From Eubacteriales bacterium (GTDB taxonomy: Bacteria > Bacillota > Clostridia > Oscillospirales > CAG-272): DNA of 64,000 nt. Position 1 is the stretch's first letter. Every line of letters starts with the position of its first letter. The notes under the pieces were generated by a model. It had not been told where the DNA came from and did not search any database. It saw only the letters and a list, made by a program, of their open reading frames with translations. The DNA lies in assembly GCA_045586785.1 (NCBI GenBank), contig JAZNBA010000085.1:18022-82021 (forward strand), in the 5' to 3' direction. Below, piece after piece: positions 49,583-58,662 of this stretch. Made by a program: the position numbers and the translations under genes.

Positions 49583-49611
49583 TTGTTTATGTCGCATGAG
49601 GCGATAATTTG

Positions 49612-49648
49612 AAGTCACCTTGAGTTTTTATGCTCAGGGTGACTTTTT
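49612..49648 (+). terminator. Rho-independent terminator after ftsZ
   Basis: AAGTCACCTTGAG-(8 nt)-CTCAGGGTGACTT followed by TTT. Confidence 0.8.
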
Positions 49649-49717
49649 AAATAAAAGTAAAATATTTGATAAATCGGCTATATTATTTATCAAAGTGGCT
49701 ACGAAAAAGACGCTATA

Positions 49718-49746
49718 TTGCTAAATTATTTTCATTTTGATATAAT
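49718..49746 (+). promoter_or_regulatory. Candidate sigma-A promoter of the nucleoside hydrolase / GH20 / LTD-PHP operon
   Basis: TTGCTA, then 17 nt, then TGaTATAAT. Confidence 0.55.
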
Positions 49747-49778
49747 ATAATTACATTAAAATAAAGAGAGGTCTAAAA

Positions 49779-50666
49779 ATGCGCAATATTCTTGAAGATA
49801 TTAAAAGTAATTCGATAAAAAATATTATACTTGACACTGATACGTATAATGAGATCGATGATCAGTTTGCTTTAGCTTATGCTATGCTTTCTCCTGACAG
49901 GGTAAAAATCCTGTCTGTAAATGCCGCACCATTTTTAAATTCACGTTCAACATCTGCTGCGGACGGTATGATGAAGAGCTACAATGAGATTGCCAACATT
50001 ATGAAACTGGTAGACCCCAACGCAAACATCCCTTATTACAAAGGATCCGAGCAGTTTTTATCTGATAAAAAAATACCGGTTGAATCCGAGGCGGCAGATA
50101 ATATTATCAATACTGTTATGAACTCGGATGAAAGGATCTATATTGTTGCAATAGGTGCGATCACAAATGTAGCATCTGCTATCATTAAGTGTCCCGAAAT
50201 AGCTAATAAAGCTGTTGTGATTTGGCTTGGCGGTCACGCTTATACATATAGAGACACCAGAGAGTTCAATCTTTATCAAGATGTGATGTCTGCTCAGGTC
50301 GTATTTGATTCTAATATACCGCTTATTCAAATTCCTTGTAATGGCGTTTGCACTGAATTCAGAACTACCATTCCAGAGCTTGAATATTACCTTCGCGGTA
50401 AAAATGAATTGTGCGATTACTTGGTTGACATAGTCAGATCGTACACTAATAAGCCGTACGGATGGTCTAAAGTGGTTTGGGACGTGACCGCGCTGGCTGT
50501 TCTTATTCAGCCTTCTGCGTTGAGTTATTCTATCATACCTCGTCCGTACGTTACGAGCGAGTGCCGCTACGCATTCAATAATGAGCGCGAGCATTATATA
50601 TACGTTCATAAGCTATCGCGCGACCCAATATTTGCGGACATGTTTGCTAAACTGTCGAATAAATAA
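49779..50666 (+). CDS. Nucleoside hydrolase family protein (IUNH-like, atypical Asp cluster spacing)
   Basis: N-terminal Asp cluster ILDTDTYNEIDDQFAL. The canonical motif is DxDxxxDD; here two extra residues separate the Asp pairs. About 295 aa, typical of the family. Confidence 0.65.
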   Translation: MRNILEDIKSNSIKNIILDTDTYNEIDDQFALAYAMLSPDRVKILSVNAAPFLNSRSTSAADGMMKSYNEIANIMKLVDPNANIPYYKGSEQFLSDKKIPVESEAADNIINTVMNSDERIYIVAIGAITNVASAIIKCPEIANKAVVIWLGGHAYTYRDTREFNLYQDVMSAQVVFDSNIPLIQIPCNGVCTEFRTTIPELEYYLRGKNELCDYLVDIVRSYTNKPYGWSKVVWDVTALAVLIQPSALSYSIIPRPYVTSECRYAFNNEREHYIYVHKLSRDPIFADMFAKLSNK

Positions 50667-50701
50667 ATTTTTATTAATTACTGTGAAAGGAAGGGCAAAA
50701 A

Positions 50702-52579
50702 ATGTCTTACAAAATCAGAATAGCAGGACTTGATGAAAGACTTGAACGCGGTCTGTCATATGTAGCTGAGCAATTGAAACTGGACATTTCTGCTGACGAG
50801 GGAATTCTGATTCGTGTTATTCACGGAGATGAGCTTGCAATCAAACATGAACAAGACGGTGTAGTTATTTACTACGTCAAGGAGTATCAATTCTTTCGCA
50901 TGCTGTCATATTTGCCTCGTGTGCTTGAGGGCGGTGCTGATATTGTTGAAAATCCTAATTTCAGCTTACTTTGCTATATGGCTGATATGTCAAGAAATGC
51001 GGTATATAATATGCCGACGGCTAAAAGAATGCTGCGTTATCTGGCGCTTATGGGTTATGATAGCATAATGCTTTACACTGAGGACACATTTGAGTTGCCC
51101 GGATATCCATACTTTGGACATATGCGCGGAAGATTCTCAAAAGAGGAACTAAAGGAAATCGATGATTACGCATATGACTTAGGTCTTGAAGTCATCCCTT
51201 GTGTTCAGACACTTGCACATCTCGCTACTGCGCTGCGCTGGCCCGGATTCAAATTCCAGGATACCGGTGATATACTTATGGTTGGCGACGAAAATACATA
51301 CAAGTTTATTGATGCTATCATGAAGATGTGCGCTGAGTGCTTCCGTTCACGCAGAATAAATATTGGTATGGATGAAGCGCATATGTTGGCGCGTGGCAAT
51401 TATTTGCTTAAAAACGGATATCGTCCTTCATCTGACGTAATGCTTGAGCATTTGGAGCGTGTTGTTGCTATTTGCGAAAACAATGGATTCCATCCCATGA
51501 TATGGAGCGATATGTTCTTCCGTATGGCGTTTAACGGTCAATACCGTGTCAGAGAAGGCGAGATATCTCCCGAGATCATTGCTAAGGTGCCGAAAAATCT
51601 TACGCTTATTTACTGGGACTACTATTCTTTGGATTCTCAACTTTTTACTCATATGTTGGATTGTCATCTTAAATTCAACAACCCCATCAGCTTTGCCGGC
51701 GGTGCTTGGAAGTGGTATGGATTTGCGCCTCATAATCGTTTTTCTGTTGCGTCTACTAAAATGCAGCTTGATGTTTGCGCGGATAAGGGAGTTGACAGTA
51801 TAATCGTTACTTCTTGGGGAGATAACGGCGGCGAGGCATCTCAGTTCTCGACATTGTCATCTATGATATACTTTGCAGAGCGCGGATATGATAAGGCTGT
51901 GGATGATAATAAGCTTGAATCACGTTGCCTAGACTGCTTTGGAATAGGTTACGATGCTTTGCTGACACTGGATGCTCCTAATGAGCTTTCCGGTGTTTCG
52001 GTTGAGATTGGCAGACCTGTCAATCCGTCGAGATATTTACTTTTCAACGATCCGCTTGAAGGCCTGCTTGATGTACATATGAAAGGCAGTGAAACTTCCG
52101 AGGGCTTTGCTGAAAGCGCCAAACGATTGTTTGCATACAAGGATGATCCTAACTTTGGATATATATATAATACTTTGGGGAAATTGTGTGTATTGCTTGC
52201 AGATAAATGCGATATAAGTATTCGAGCGAGAGCGTGTTATTTAGCCGGAGATAAATGCGCATTGGCGGATCTTGCTGAGCATACCATTCCTACCATAATA
52301 GATGAACTTGATGATTTTATTGCAACATTCCGGGTTCAATGGTATAAAGAAAATAAAACCTTCGGTTTCTCTACGCAGGAGTTGCGATTGGGTGGATTGA
52401 AAGAGCGCTTGATTTCTACTGCGAAAAGATTTTCCGATTATGCGGACGGAAGGATAGAACGAATTGAAGAGTTAGAACAGCCTGTGCTGTCGTTTGACGG
52501 AAAAGCGTATGATGAAAATAGCTTTCCTTATATAAGCAATATGCAATGGCATCGTTGCGTAACAGGTTGCGTACTTTGA
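50702..52579 (+). CDS. GH20-family beta-N-acetylhexosaminidase, HexD-like subgroup, no signal peptide
   Basis: Motifs are collinear with hexosaminidase-D-type GH20: MxDxSRN, LYTEDTF, LEVIPCVQTLAHL, IGMDEAH (the catalytic D-E pair), MIWSDMF, IYWDY and TSWGDNGGE. Confidence 0.6.
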   Translation: MSYKIRIAGLDERLERGLSYVAEQLKLDISADEGILIRVIHGDELAIKHEQDGVVIYYVKEYQFFRMLSYLPRVLEGGADIVENPNFSLLCYMADMSRNAVYNMPTAKRMLRYLALMGYDSIMLYTEDTFELPGYPYFGHMRGRFSKEELKEIDDYAYDLGLEVIPCVQTLAHLATALRWPGFKFQDTGDILMVGDENTYKFIDAIMKMCAECFRSRRINIGMDEAHMLARGNYLLKNGYRPSSDVMLEHLERVVAICENNGFHPMIWSDMFFRMAFNGQYRVREGEISPEIIAKVPKNLTLIYWDYYSLDSQLFTHMLDCHLKFNNPISFAGGAWKWYGFAPHNRFSVASTKMQLDVCADKGVDSIIVTSWGDNGGEASQFSTLSSMIYFAERGYDKAVDDNKLESRCLDCFGIGYDALLTLDAPNELSGVSVEIGRPVNPSRYLLFNDPLEGLLDVHMKGSETSEGFAESAKRLFAYKDDPNFGYIYNTLGKLCVLLADKCDISIRARACYLAGDKCALADLAEHTIPTIIDELDDFIATFRVQWYKENKTFGFSTQELRLGGLKERLISTAKRFSDYADGRIERIEELEQPVLSFDGKAYDENSFPYISNMQWHRCVTGCVL

Positions 52580-52590
52580 GGAACTAAAAA

Positions 52591-55500
52591 ATGAAAGATA
52601 TACTTTTTTATCATTCTTGTCCTGAATTTATTCTTAATGGATATGATTATAATATATCTGTCGCATTGAATGTTGTGGCAGAATGTGTAGAGGTTTGTTA
52701 TAGCGTCGATTCGGGTTTGTGTGAAAAACTTACTCTTAAAAAAAGGAAGACTTATAATAACACAAGCAGCAATATTTATACTTATGTTGGCACTATTCCT
52801 GCATCAGCTTTTGATAATGCGAGAGAGTTGAAATATCGATTTACATGTGATGGTGTTCCAAGCGATGAGTATTGTATAACGACAGAATGTGCCGGTATGA
52901 TGCCGCCATTAATAGTGACTGAACTTTATGGTCGTCCAAAAGGGAATAATGTAACTGTATTTTTTGAAGTTATGAACCCTTCATCGCGCGCTGTTGATCT
53001 ATATGACTATAAGTTGATGGCATATTTAGGCGCTGACCCGTCGGAAGAAGAATATGTGTGTGAACTTTGCTTGGCGAATACGCCTGGCGAACACATTATG
53101 CAACCAATGGATGTTGCGGCAATTTTTCCTGTTTTGCCACAGCATCACATTTTGCAGGATGGAAAATTCGCAACAGTTGATGGCTTTGTTGATGCTTGTA
53201 TGGCCGATTGGCCCAAGCCGGGATTTGATTTATATTCAGAACGCGAGTCTGTGCGAATTATTCCTGTTGAAGCTTCTGTTTTTGATGAAGTATCCGGTAA
53301 ATATGTTGCGGTTGGTAAAGTGGATAAATGGCCGCTTAAGACAGAGTGTACTACATTAATTATTGCTCCGCGTGATGCTGATCCTAAGTCTGCTCTTGAA
53401 AGTTATGCATTTAAACTGATCTATAACAAGAGCGATAAAGGGGATAGGGATACTCCGGTTAGACATTCATCTTTGTGGACAATAGATGTCAGACATCCTA
53501 CTGAAGGTATATCATTCAGCCATAGGGCTTATATTACCCCCGGAAGGCTGGATGAAGGACAAGTTACTTTTGATTTGTCAACTCCATACCCAATAATTGT
53601 TTCTGTTGATGCTGATTCTGATGTAAATTATACAGAAGATGGTGCAAAATTGACGTTTTCGGTTGATATAGGATGCGCTGTCGGTGCATATATATATCTT
53701 AAAATGCCCAACGGCGATTACAGAAAATTTATTGCTGCAGAAATTGACAACGGAATTTGGGAAGTTGAGTTGCCTTGCGATGCGATCTATAATATGAATG
53801 AATTGCAATATGTAATTGCTGTTTGTGATGGTATCAGAGAAACACGCTTAGGAAGCATGTCAAGACCTTTATGTACGAAGTTGTCAGATTATTGTGGTCC
53901 TCACATTATTGATTCCTTACCATGCGAAAAATATGGTTATGACGGTAATCGCAATCCCGTAATATATGTTAAATTTTTTGATATATCCGGCGTGGATGTG
54001 GATGCTTGTATTCTTTGCTTGGATAAAAAGGATGTAAGTAAATGCGCACGATGGAGCAATACCTCTGTTCAGTATCGGTGTCACAGGCCTTTGAAATATG
54101 GTGAACACAGCTTTGAGGTTATGCTTAAAGATAAGCTTGGCAATAAAACTTATTGTAAAACCATATTTTCTGTTTGCAAATCGGATGATTTGAAATTTTA
54201 TCGAGGGGAAGTTCACTCTCACACCGCTGATTCAGATGGAATAGCCGGTCCGTCGGAGGCATATGAATACGCACGTGATGTTGGCGGTGTAGATTTCTTT
54301 GCAGTGACAGATCACTCACATTATTTGAGTCATGACTTATACGAGCAACAAATAATAGCGGCAAATAAGTATAATGTTCCCGGAAAATTTGTCACTTTAT
54401 ATGGTTATGAAATGACTTGGAATAATGGTTGTGCGTTGTGGGGGCATGCAAATATTTTAAATGTTGATTGGTTGGTTGATGACATAAAAGCTTTTGGCTT
54501 GCCTGAGATTTTTGACAAATTGAAGCAAGACAAGGGTGCTGTAGCTATGTTTAATCATCCTGGACTTAGTTGGGGTAATTTTCATGATTATTCTCACTAT
54601 TCTTTAGAAGCGGACAGAGCTATGTGCCTCACAGAAATAAAAGGTGCCGGCTATGACAGAGAATATGCTAATATGTTGGCGTTGGGATGGCACGCAGCTC
54701 CGGCTTTCAACGAAGATAATCATAGTTATAACTGGACAACCGCTACTCCTTCAACAACATATGTTCTTGCGCCTGAATTGACGCGAGATAATATACTGGA
54801 TGCTTTTCGTCGTAGACGCACATATTCGACCACTGATCCAACTATGAAAATAAAGTTTAAGATCAATGGTGAATGGATGGGTGGACGATTGCATAATCCT
54901 AAGTCTCTTCATATTGAAGTTGATGTTTCAACAGAATCAGAGCTCGGTATAGGAGATATTGCGCTTATAAGTGAAGACAATGTAGTTGTTGAATCCATAA
55001 ACGTCGGAGCTTTGCAAAAATATCATTGGGTGCTTAATATTAAACCTGATTTTGATTATTATTATTTGAGAATTACATCAACAGGTAAATATACTGTCAC
55101 TGCGCCGATTTGGATAGAAGGACGCGATGCTTTAACCATCAAAGCTCTTGATTTCCAACGTTCTGACAGTGATTATAAGTCCAACTCGATTATTGCTAAA
55201 GTGAAAAATGTTACCGATGATAATTTGTATAATGTTGTCATAGATTTTTATTTAACTAACAATTCGGGCTTAGACTTGAGGCGAGCTGTTCCGTATCGAA
55301 CTGTTAAATTAAAATGCTTGAATGCAAACAAAACTGTCGGTATACAATGTAACTTACCGAATATTCCCGGCATGCGACGTGTTGTTGCTGTGGTTAGCGG
55401 TGAGCAGTATAATCAGCAATATTGTGATATGGCAACGGTACTAATTTCGCCGGTAAAAATTTCCGAAATAGTACCTGTTAGTGAAGATTACTGTGATGGA

Positions 55501-55983
55501 AACGGCAATGCTATAAGTAATCCATTTCCTTATTTCAAGCTTTGTAATATGTCCAACAGAGATATATTGCTGGATGGATATTATACAAGGTTGTGGACTA
55601 CAACGGGAAAGGCTCCGTCTGAAGATAAAATTCTTCGATTGGATGGGCACTGTATCAAAGCAAGGAATTCTTTGATTGTATGGGTCAAACCAATAGACTG
55701 CGATTTAACAGTTGAAGATTTTAATAAACATTATGGAAAAATGTTGTGTGAAGAGGATGATATTGTGGTTACCACGATTCCTGCGATATCTTGCGCAAAA
55801 GAAACCAGACGGCTTGAGCTGATGTTTGAAAAAGAAACGCTTGCTCGTGTGGAGTACAATTTCAAACAGATTCCCGGATCGGATATTAACCCGGGGAAGG
55901 CTCTTACATATGATATAACGCCTACGTTGACAGGTACATCACTGATGATTTCGAATTCCGAAAAACCTGATCCATCCATTTAA
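52591..55983 (+). CDS. Large multidomain protein: LTD-like, Ig-like region, PHP metallophosphoesterase, beta-sandwich region, LTD-like; no signal peptide
   Basis: 1130 aa. PHP motifs appear in order: HSHTADSDG, FFAVTDHSH, YGYEMTW, FNHPG. Lamin-tail-like patterns occur at about aa 105-145 (LIVTELYGRP..VFFEVMNPSSRAVDLYDYKL) and about aa 955-1000 (VKISEIVP...YFKLCNMSNRDILLDGYY). GAGGAA SD. Confidence 0.5.
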   Translation: MKDILFYHSCPEFILNGYDYNISVALNVVAECVEVCYSVDSGLCEKLTLKKRKTYNNTSSNIYTYVGTIPASAFDNARELKYRFTCDGVPSDEYCITTECAGMMPPLIVTELYGRPKGNNVTVFFEVMNPSSRAVDLYDYKLMAYLGADPSEEEYVCELCLANTPGEHIMQPMDVAAIFPVLPQHHILQDGKFATVDGFVDACMADWPKPGFDLYSERESVRIIPVEASVFDEVSGKYVAVGKVDKWPLKTECTTLIIAPRDADPKSALESYAFKLIYNKSDKGDRDTPVRHSSLWTIDVRHPTEGISFSHRAYITPGRLDEGQVTFDLSTPYPIIVSVDADSDVNYTEDGAKLTFSVDIGCAVGAYIYLKMPNGDYRKFIAAEIDNGIWEVELPCDAIYNMNELQYVIAVCDGIRETRLGSMSRPLCTKLSDYCGPHIIDSLPCEKYGYDGNRNPVIYVKFFDISGVDVDACILCLDKKDVSKCARWSNTSVQYRCHRPLKYGEHSFEVMLKDKLGNKTYCKTIFSVCKSDDLKFYRGEVHSHTADSDGIAGPSEAYEYARDVGGVDFFAVTDHSHYLSHDLYEQQIIAANKYNVPGKFVTLYGYEMTWNNGCALWGHANILNVDWLVDDIKAFGLPEIFDKLKQDKGAVAMFNHPGLSWGNFHDYSHYSLEADRAMCLTEIKGAGYDREYANMLALGWHAAPAFNEDNHSYNWTTATPSTTYVLAPELTRDNILDAFRRRRTYSTTDPTMKIKFKINGEWMGGRLHNPKSLHIEVDVSTESELGIGDIALISEDNVVVESINVGALQKYHWVLNIKPDFDYYYLRITSTGKYTVTAPIWIEGRDALTIKALDFQRSDSDYKSNSIIAKVKNVTDDNLYNVVIDFYLTNNSGLDLRRAVPYRTVKLKCLNANKTVGIQCNLPNIPGMRRVVAVVSGEQYNQQYCDMATVLISPVKISEIVPVSEDYCDGNGNAISNPFPYFKLCNMSNRDILLDGYYTRLWTTTGKAPSEDKILRLDGHCIKARNSLIVWVKPIDCDLTVEDFNKHYGKMLCEEDDIVVTTIPAISCAKETRRLELMFEKETLARVEYNFKQIPGSDINPGKALTYDITPTLTGTSLMISNSEKPDPSI

Positions 55984-56014
55984 TATGGTGTTATGCAGAT
56001 TTAAAACCAAAAAC

Positions 56015-56050
56015 AACAATAGGACACCTAATGGTGTCCTATTGTTGTAC
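56015..56050. terminator. Bidirectional terminator between the LTD-PHP gene and rplL
   Basis: ACAACAATAGGACACC-taat-GGTGTCCTATTGTTGT, a 16-bp stem. Confidence 0.85.
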
Positions 56051-56080
56051 AGACAGGATTTTAAAAGTACAAAAGTTAAA

Positions 56081-56458
56081 TTACTTGAGCTCGACAGTTG
56101 CGCCAGCCTCGGTGAGCTGAGCCTTGATGCTTTCAGCCTCTTCCTTGGAAACGCCTTCCTTGATAGCCTTGGGAGCGCCCTCAACGAGATCCTTAGCGTC
56201 CTTAAGACCAAGACCGGTAATCTCACGAACAACCTTGATAACGCCAAGCTTGCTGGAACCAAAGGAAGCAAGAATAACGTCAAATTCGGTTTTTTCTTCA
56301 GCAGCAGGAGCAGCTGCAGCAGCAGCGCCAGCAACAGCTACGGGAGCAGCAGCGGATACGCCAAACTCCTCCTCAACAGCCTTAACGAGCTCAGAAAGCT
56401 CAAGAATGGAAAGACCCTTAACGGCCTCAACTATAGCAGTAATCTTTTCAGATGCCAT
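56081..56458 (-). CDS. rplL: 50S ribosomal protein L7/L12
   Basis: 125 aa. The Ala-rich hinge and the C-terminal domain [38 protein letters not shown] are unmistakable. Confidence 0.97.
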   Translation of the reverse strand: MASEKITAIVEAVKGLSILELSELVKAVEEEFGVSAAAPVAVAGAAAAAAPAAEEKTEFDVILASFGSSKLGVIKVVREITGLGLKDAKDLVEGAPKAIKEGVSKEEAESIKAQLTEAGATVELK

Positions 56459-56535
56459 TTTTAATTACCTCCGAATATAAATGTTTTTTAATTATGCGGA
56501 TAAAAATTCCGATTGTGATTTGTTCCGAACAAAGC

Positions 56536-57066
56536 TTAAGCTTCTGCCGGAGTGGATTCCTCTGCGTTGTCGCCACCCATTTTGTCTGCAATTGCTTTGA
56601 TAGCATATGCAAAATTGTAAAGAGGGGACTGAATGCTTCCGAGGAACTTTGCGATAAGAACTTCCTTTGAAGGAATGTCAGCAAGAGCAACGACGGTCTT
56701 TTCGTCGATCACGTTACCTTCAAGGTATCCTGCGAGGATCTTAAAGGACTCGATCTTCTCAGCATATGTCTTGAGAATTTTTGCGGGAGCAATAGGATCA
56801 CTTTCGCTGATTGCGATAGCGGTCATACCCTCGAGGTGCTCTTTCATAGCACCGTATCCGACTTCATCACAAGCTCTGCCGGTCAAAGAGTTCTTCATAA
56901 CCATGTACTTAACGCCTGCTTCACGCAGAGCCTTACGCATCTTGGTATCATCTTCAACTGTGATTCCCTGATAGTTAACCAGAACACCTGCGGGGGATGC
57001 TTTCATCATTTCAGCAAGATCCGCAACGATCTGTTTCTTTTGCTCGAGAATTGCATTACTAGGCAT
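56536..57066 (-). CDS. rplJ: 50S ribosomal protein L10
   Basis: 176 aa. KKQIVADL......A.....Y.G.TV.....R..LREAG....V.KN.L pattern. GGGAGGTG SD. Confidence 0.93.
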   Translation of the reverse strand: MPSNAILEQKKQIVADLAEMMKASPAGVLVNYQGITVEDDTKMRKALREAGVKYMVMKNSLTGRACDEVGYGAMKEHLEGMTAIAISESDPIAPAKILKTYAEKIESFKILAGYLEGNVIDEKTVVALADIPSKEVLIAKFLGSIQSPLYNFAYAIKAIADKMGGDNAEESTPAEA

Positions 57067-57236
57067 TGTGTTTCACCTCCCAATGTGAAATACGGAATAT
57101 ATAAAAATATCCTTCTCCCGTAAGCCCAGCTTTGCAGAAGAAGGATAACAGTTGCACAAATGTGCTTATATACTATTACACATCCTCGGCAGGAGAGCAT
57201 TGAGCCTTTACGGGAACCTGCTGTCTTTGGATAACG
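57067..57236 (-). ncRNA. Ribosomal protein L10 leader (cis-regulatory 5' UTR) with an internal attenuator hairpin
   Basis: About 170-nt UTR between a consensus promoter and rplJ. On the minus strand, ATCCTTCT (57146-57139) pairs with AGAAGGAT (57116-57109) and is followed by ATTTTTAT. This fits the L10(L12)4-responsive attenuating leader known in Firmicutes. Not checked against a covariance model. Confidence 0.6.
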
Positions 57237-57241
57237 CAAGG

Positions 57242-57270
57242 ATTATATCACAATTACTTGCGTTTGTCAA
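57242..57270 (-). promoter_or_regulatory. Consensus sigma-A promoter of rplJ-rplL
   Basis: On the minus strand: TTGACA, then 17 nt, then TGaTATAAT. Confidence 0.7.
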
Positions 57271-57300
57271 TAGTTTTTTGAAAAAAGTTTTAAATTATTT

Positions 57301-57849
57301 TTAATCAGAATTGTTTTGTAATATTCGTTCGGCGCATCTGAGTATACGAGAACGCAACCAATCGGGTTTTAGTATTCTTATGTCGGAATTGAGTGACATC
57401 AATATGCCCATAAATTTTTCAATACTGTGAAATTCACATCTATATATATTATTACCAAGATGTTCTGTTATGTAACTGCCCAATTCTACAACGGTCAAAC
57501 GATCAGGGAGTCGCAACTCTGCAGTATATGGTAATTGCATTTGGACAACTGTGTTCTCAATGGGTTGAGAGTCAACATTTATTATTGATGTTTCGGCGAT
57601 GATTCCGTTATAGTCCTCGTTGTTGGCGGTTGTTACGGCGATGGGCAGTGAGAAACTTGATGTATAATAGAATCCCTTTCGCTCATAGTCATATGCTAAA
57701 GGAGCCTTTAGCTTAATTCTGAGAAAATCTACATCTCGCTGCGCTTGACGGTGTGATATATTAAATCTTTCGGCTACACGTTTAGCATTTGGATAGCTCA
57801 TTTCTACAATCTTACGATGTAACCATTGAATTCTCAAATTTGCTGTCAT
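57301..57849 (-). CDS. HTH transcriptional regulator with a WCX-like C-terminal domain (YafY/PafBC-like, lacking a canonical WYL domain)
   Basis: 182 aa. N-terminal wHTH-like NAKRVAERFNISHRQAQRDVDFL. The C-terminus ...SDIRILKPDWLRSRI... resembles the WCX domain ending. AGGAGG SD. Confidence 0.5.
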   Translation of the reverse strand: MTANLRIQWLHRKIVEMSYPNAKRVAERFNISHRQAQRDVDFLRIKLKAPLAYDYERKGFYYTSSFSLPIAVTTANNEDYNGIIAETSIINVDSQPIENTVVQMQLPYTAELRLPDRLTVVELGSYITEHLGNNIYRCEFHSIEKFMGILMSLNSDIRILKPDWLRSRILRCAERILQNNSD

Positions 57850-57873
57850 AGAGAGTTCCTCCTGTTGTGCAAA

Positions 57874-58662
57874 TTAAGAAGCGATTGCTTGGTTTTGATT
57901 GGATATAAAGTCTATACTACGACATATTTGATAAATTGTGATGGGGAATAGTGCTATTACGGTTGGCAGAAACTCTCGAATAACATATATTTGGCTTGTA
58001 TATATAATAATGAAGGAAATTAAAAAAGAAACAGAAATGCACATGTTTATAAGATGCGCAGCAACACAAGCGCGTGGAGCGGGAGAACCTACCAGATATT
58101 TTATTTCATAGAGTACAAAGAACATTGTTGACATCATTGACAACATTAATAGTATTTTTACCGGATTATTCATGGTTATATTCCAATTTATATATGCTTC
58201 TGTCATGCATCCGGCTGCCCACAAAATAACAAATATACCAGCTAGCGCGCGTAAATTATTGTGCGAATCCGAGTATAGAGCGTTTAACAAGAAAAACAAT
58301 ACAGATAATATGGAGAAAATTATTACGGCGATAGATAATCCGGAAAACGGGGAAGACGTGAACTTTATAACTGCGCCAACTAAGAATCCAAGCATAGTGA
58401 TCCATGATGCAATTTTTGATATTAGAGACGTTGGGGAGGGGATGGTTGTTAATGTGTTTTTTGGTATAAATACAAATATGGACAGTATCCATATGCAAGT
58501 GAACAATAATAAGTACTTTGCTATATAAGGTAAAAAGGATTGCTCTGAAAAATAGGCTATAGGTGTGTCAAATGCAAATATGAAGCTAATCGCATAAGTT
58601 ACAGAAGACAATAAAGTCAGAATGATAGCGGAGTAATAATAAGCTTTTAATGATACTTTCAT
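57874..58662 (-). CDS. Hypothetical polytopic membrane protein (about 8 TM)
   Basis: 262 aa. About eight hydrophobic segments of 20 aa, AAGAGG SD, and no recognisable family motif. Confidence 0.5.
   Translation of the reverse strand: MKVSLKAYYYSAIILTLLSSVTYAISFIFAFDTPIAYFSEQSFLPYIAKYLLLFTCIWILSIFVFIPKNTLTTIPSPTSLISKIASWITMLGFLVGAVIKFTSSPFSGLSIAVIIFSILSVLFFLLNALYSDSHNNLRALAGIFVILWAAGCMTEAYINWNITMNNPVKILLMLSMMSTMFFVLYEIKYLVGSPAPRACVAAHLINMCISVSFLISFIIIYTSQIYVIREFLPTVIALFPITIYQICRSIDFISNQNQAIAS

Noticed and set aside
50058-50609. 183-aa minus-strand ORF.
   Set aside because: It is antisense to the nucleoside hydrolase gene and has no independent support.
55939-56480. ORFs overlapping rplL in other frames or on the other strand (55939-56334 minus, 55985-56464 plus, 56124-56480 plus).
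   Set aside because: Their translations are low-complexity Leu/Ser/Ala-rich. The region is fully explained by rplL and the bidirectional terminator.
57272-57292. A/T-only quasi-palindrome (AGTTTTTTGAAAAAAGTTTT) between the regulator gene and the rplJ promoter, as a possible terminator.
   Set aside because: The arms are not actually complementary apart from a T6/A6 pairing with a 1-nt loop, so it would not form a stable hairpin.
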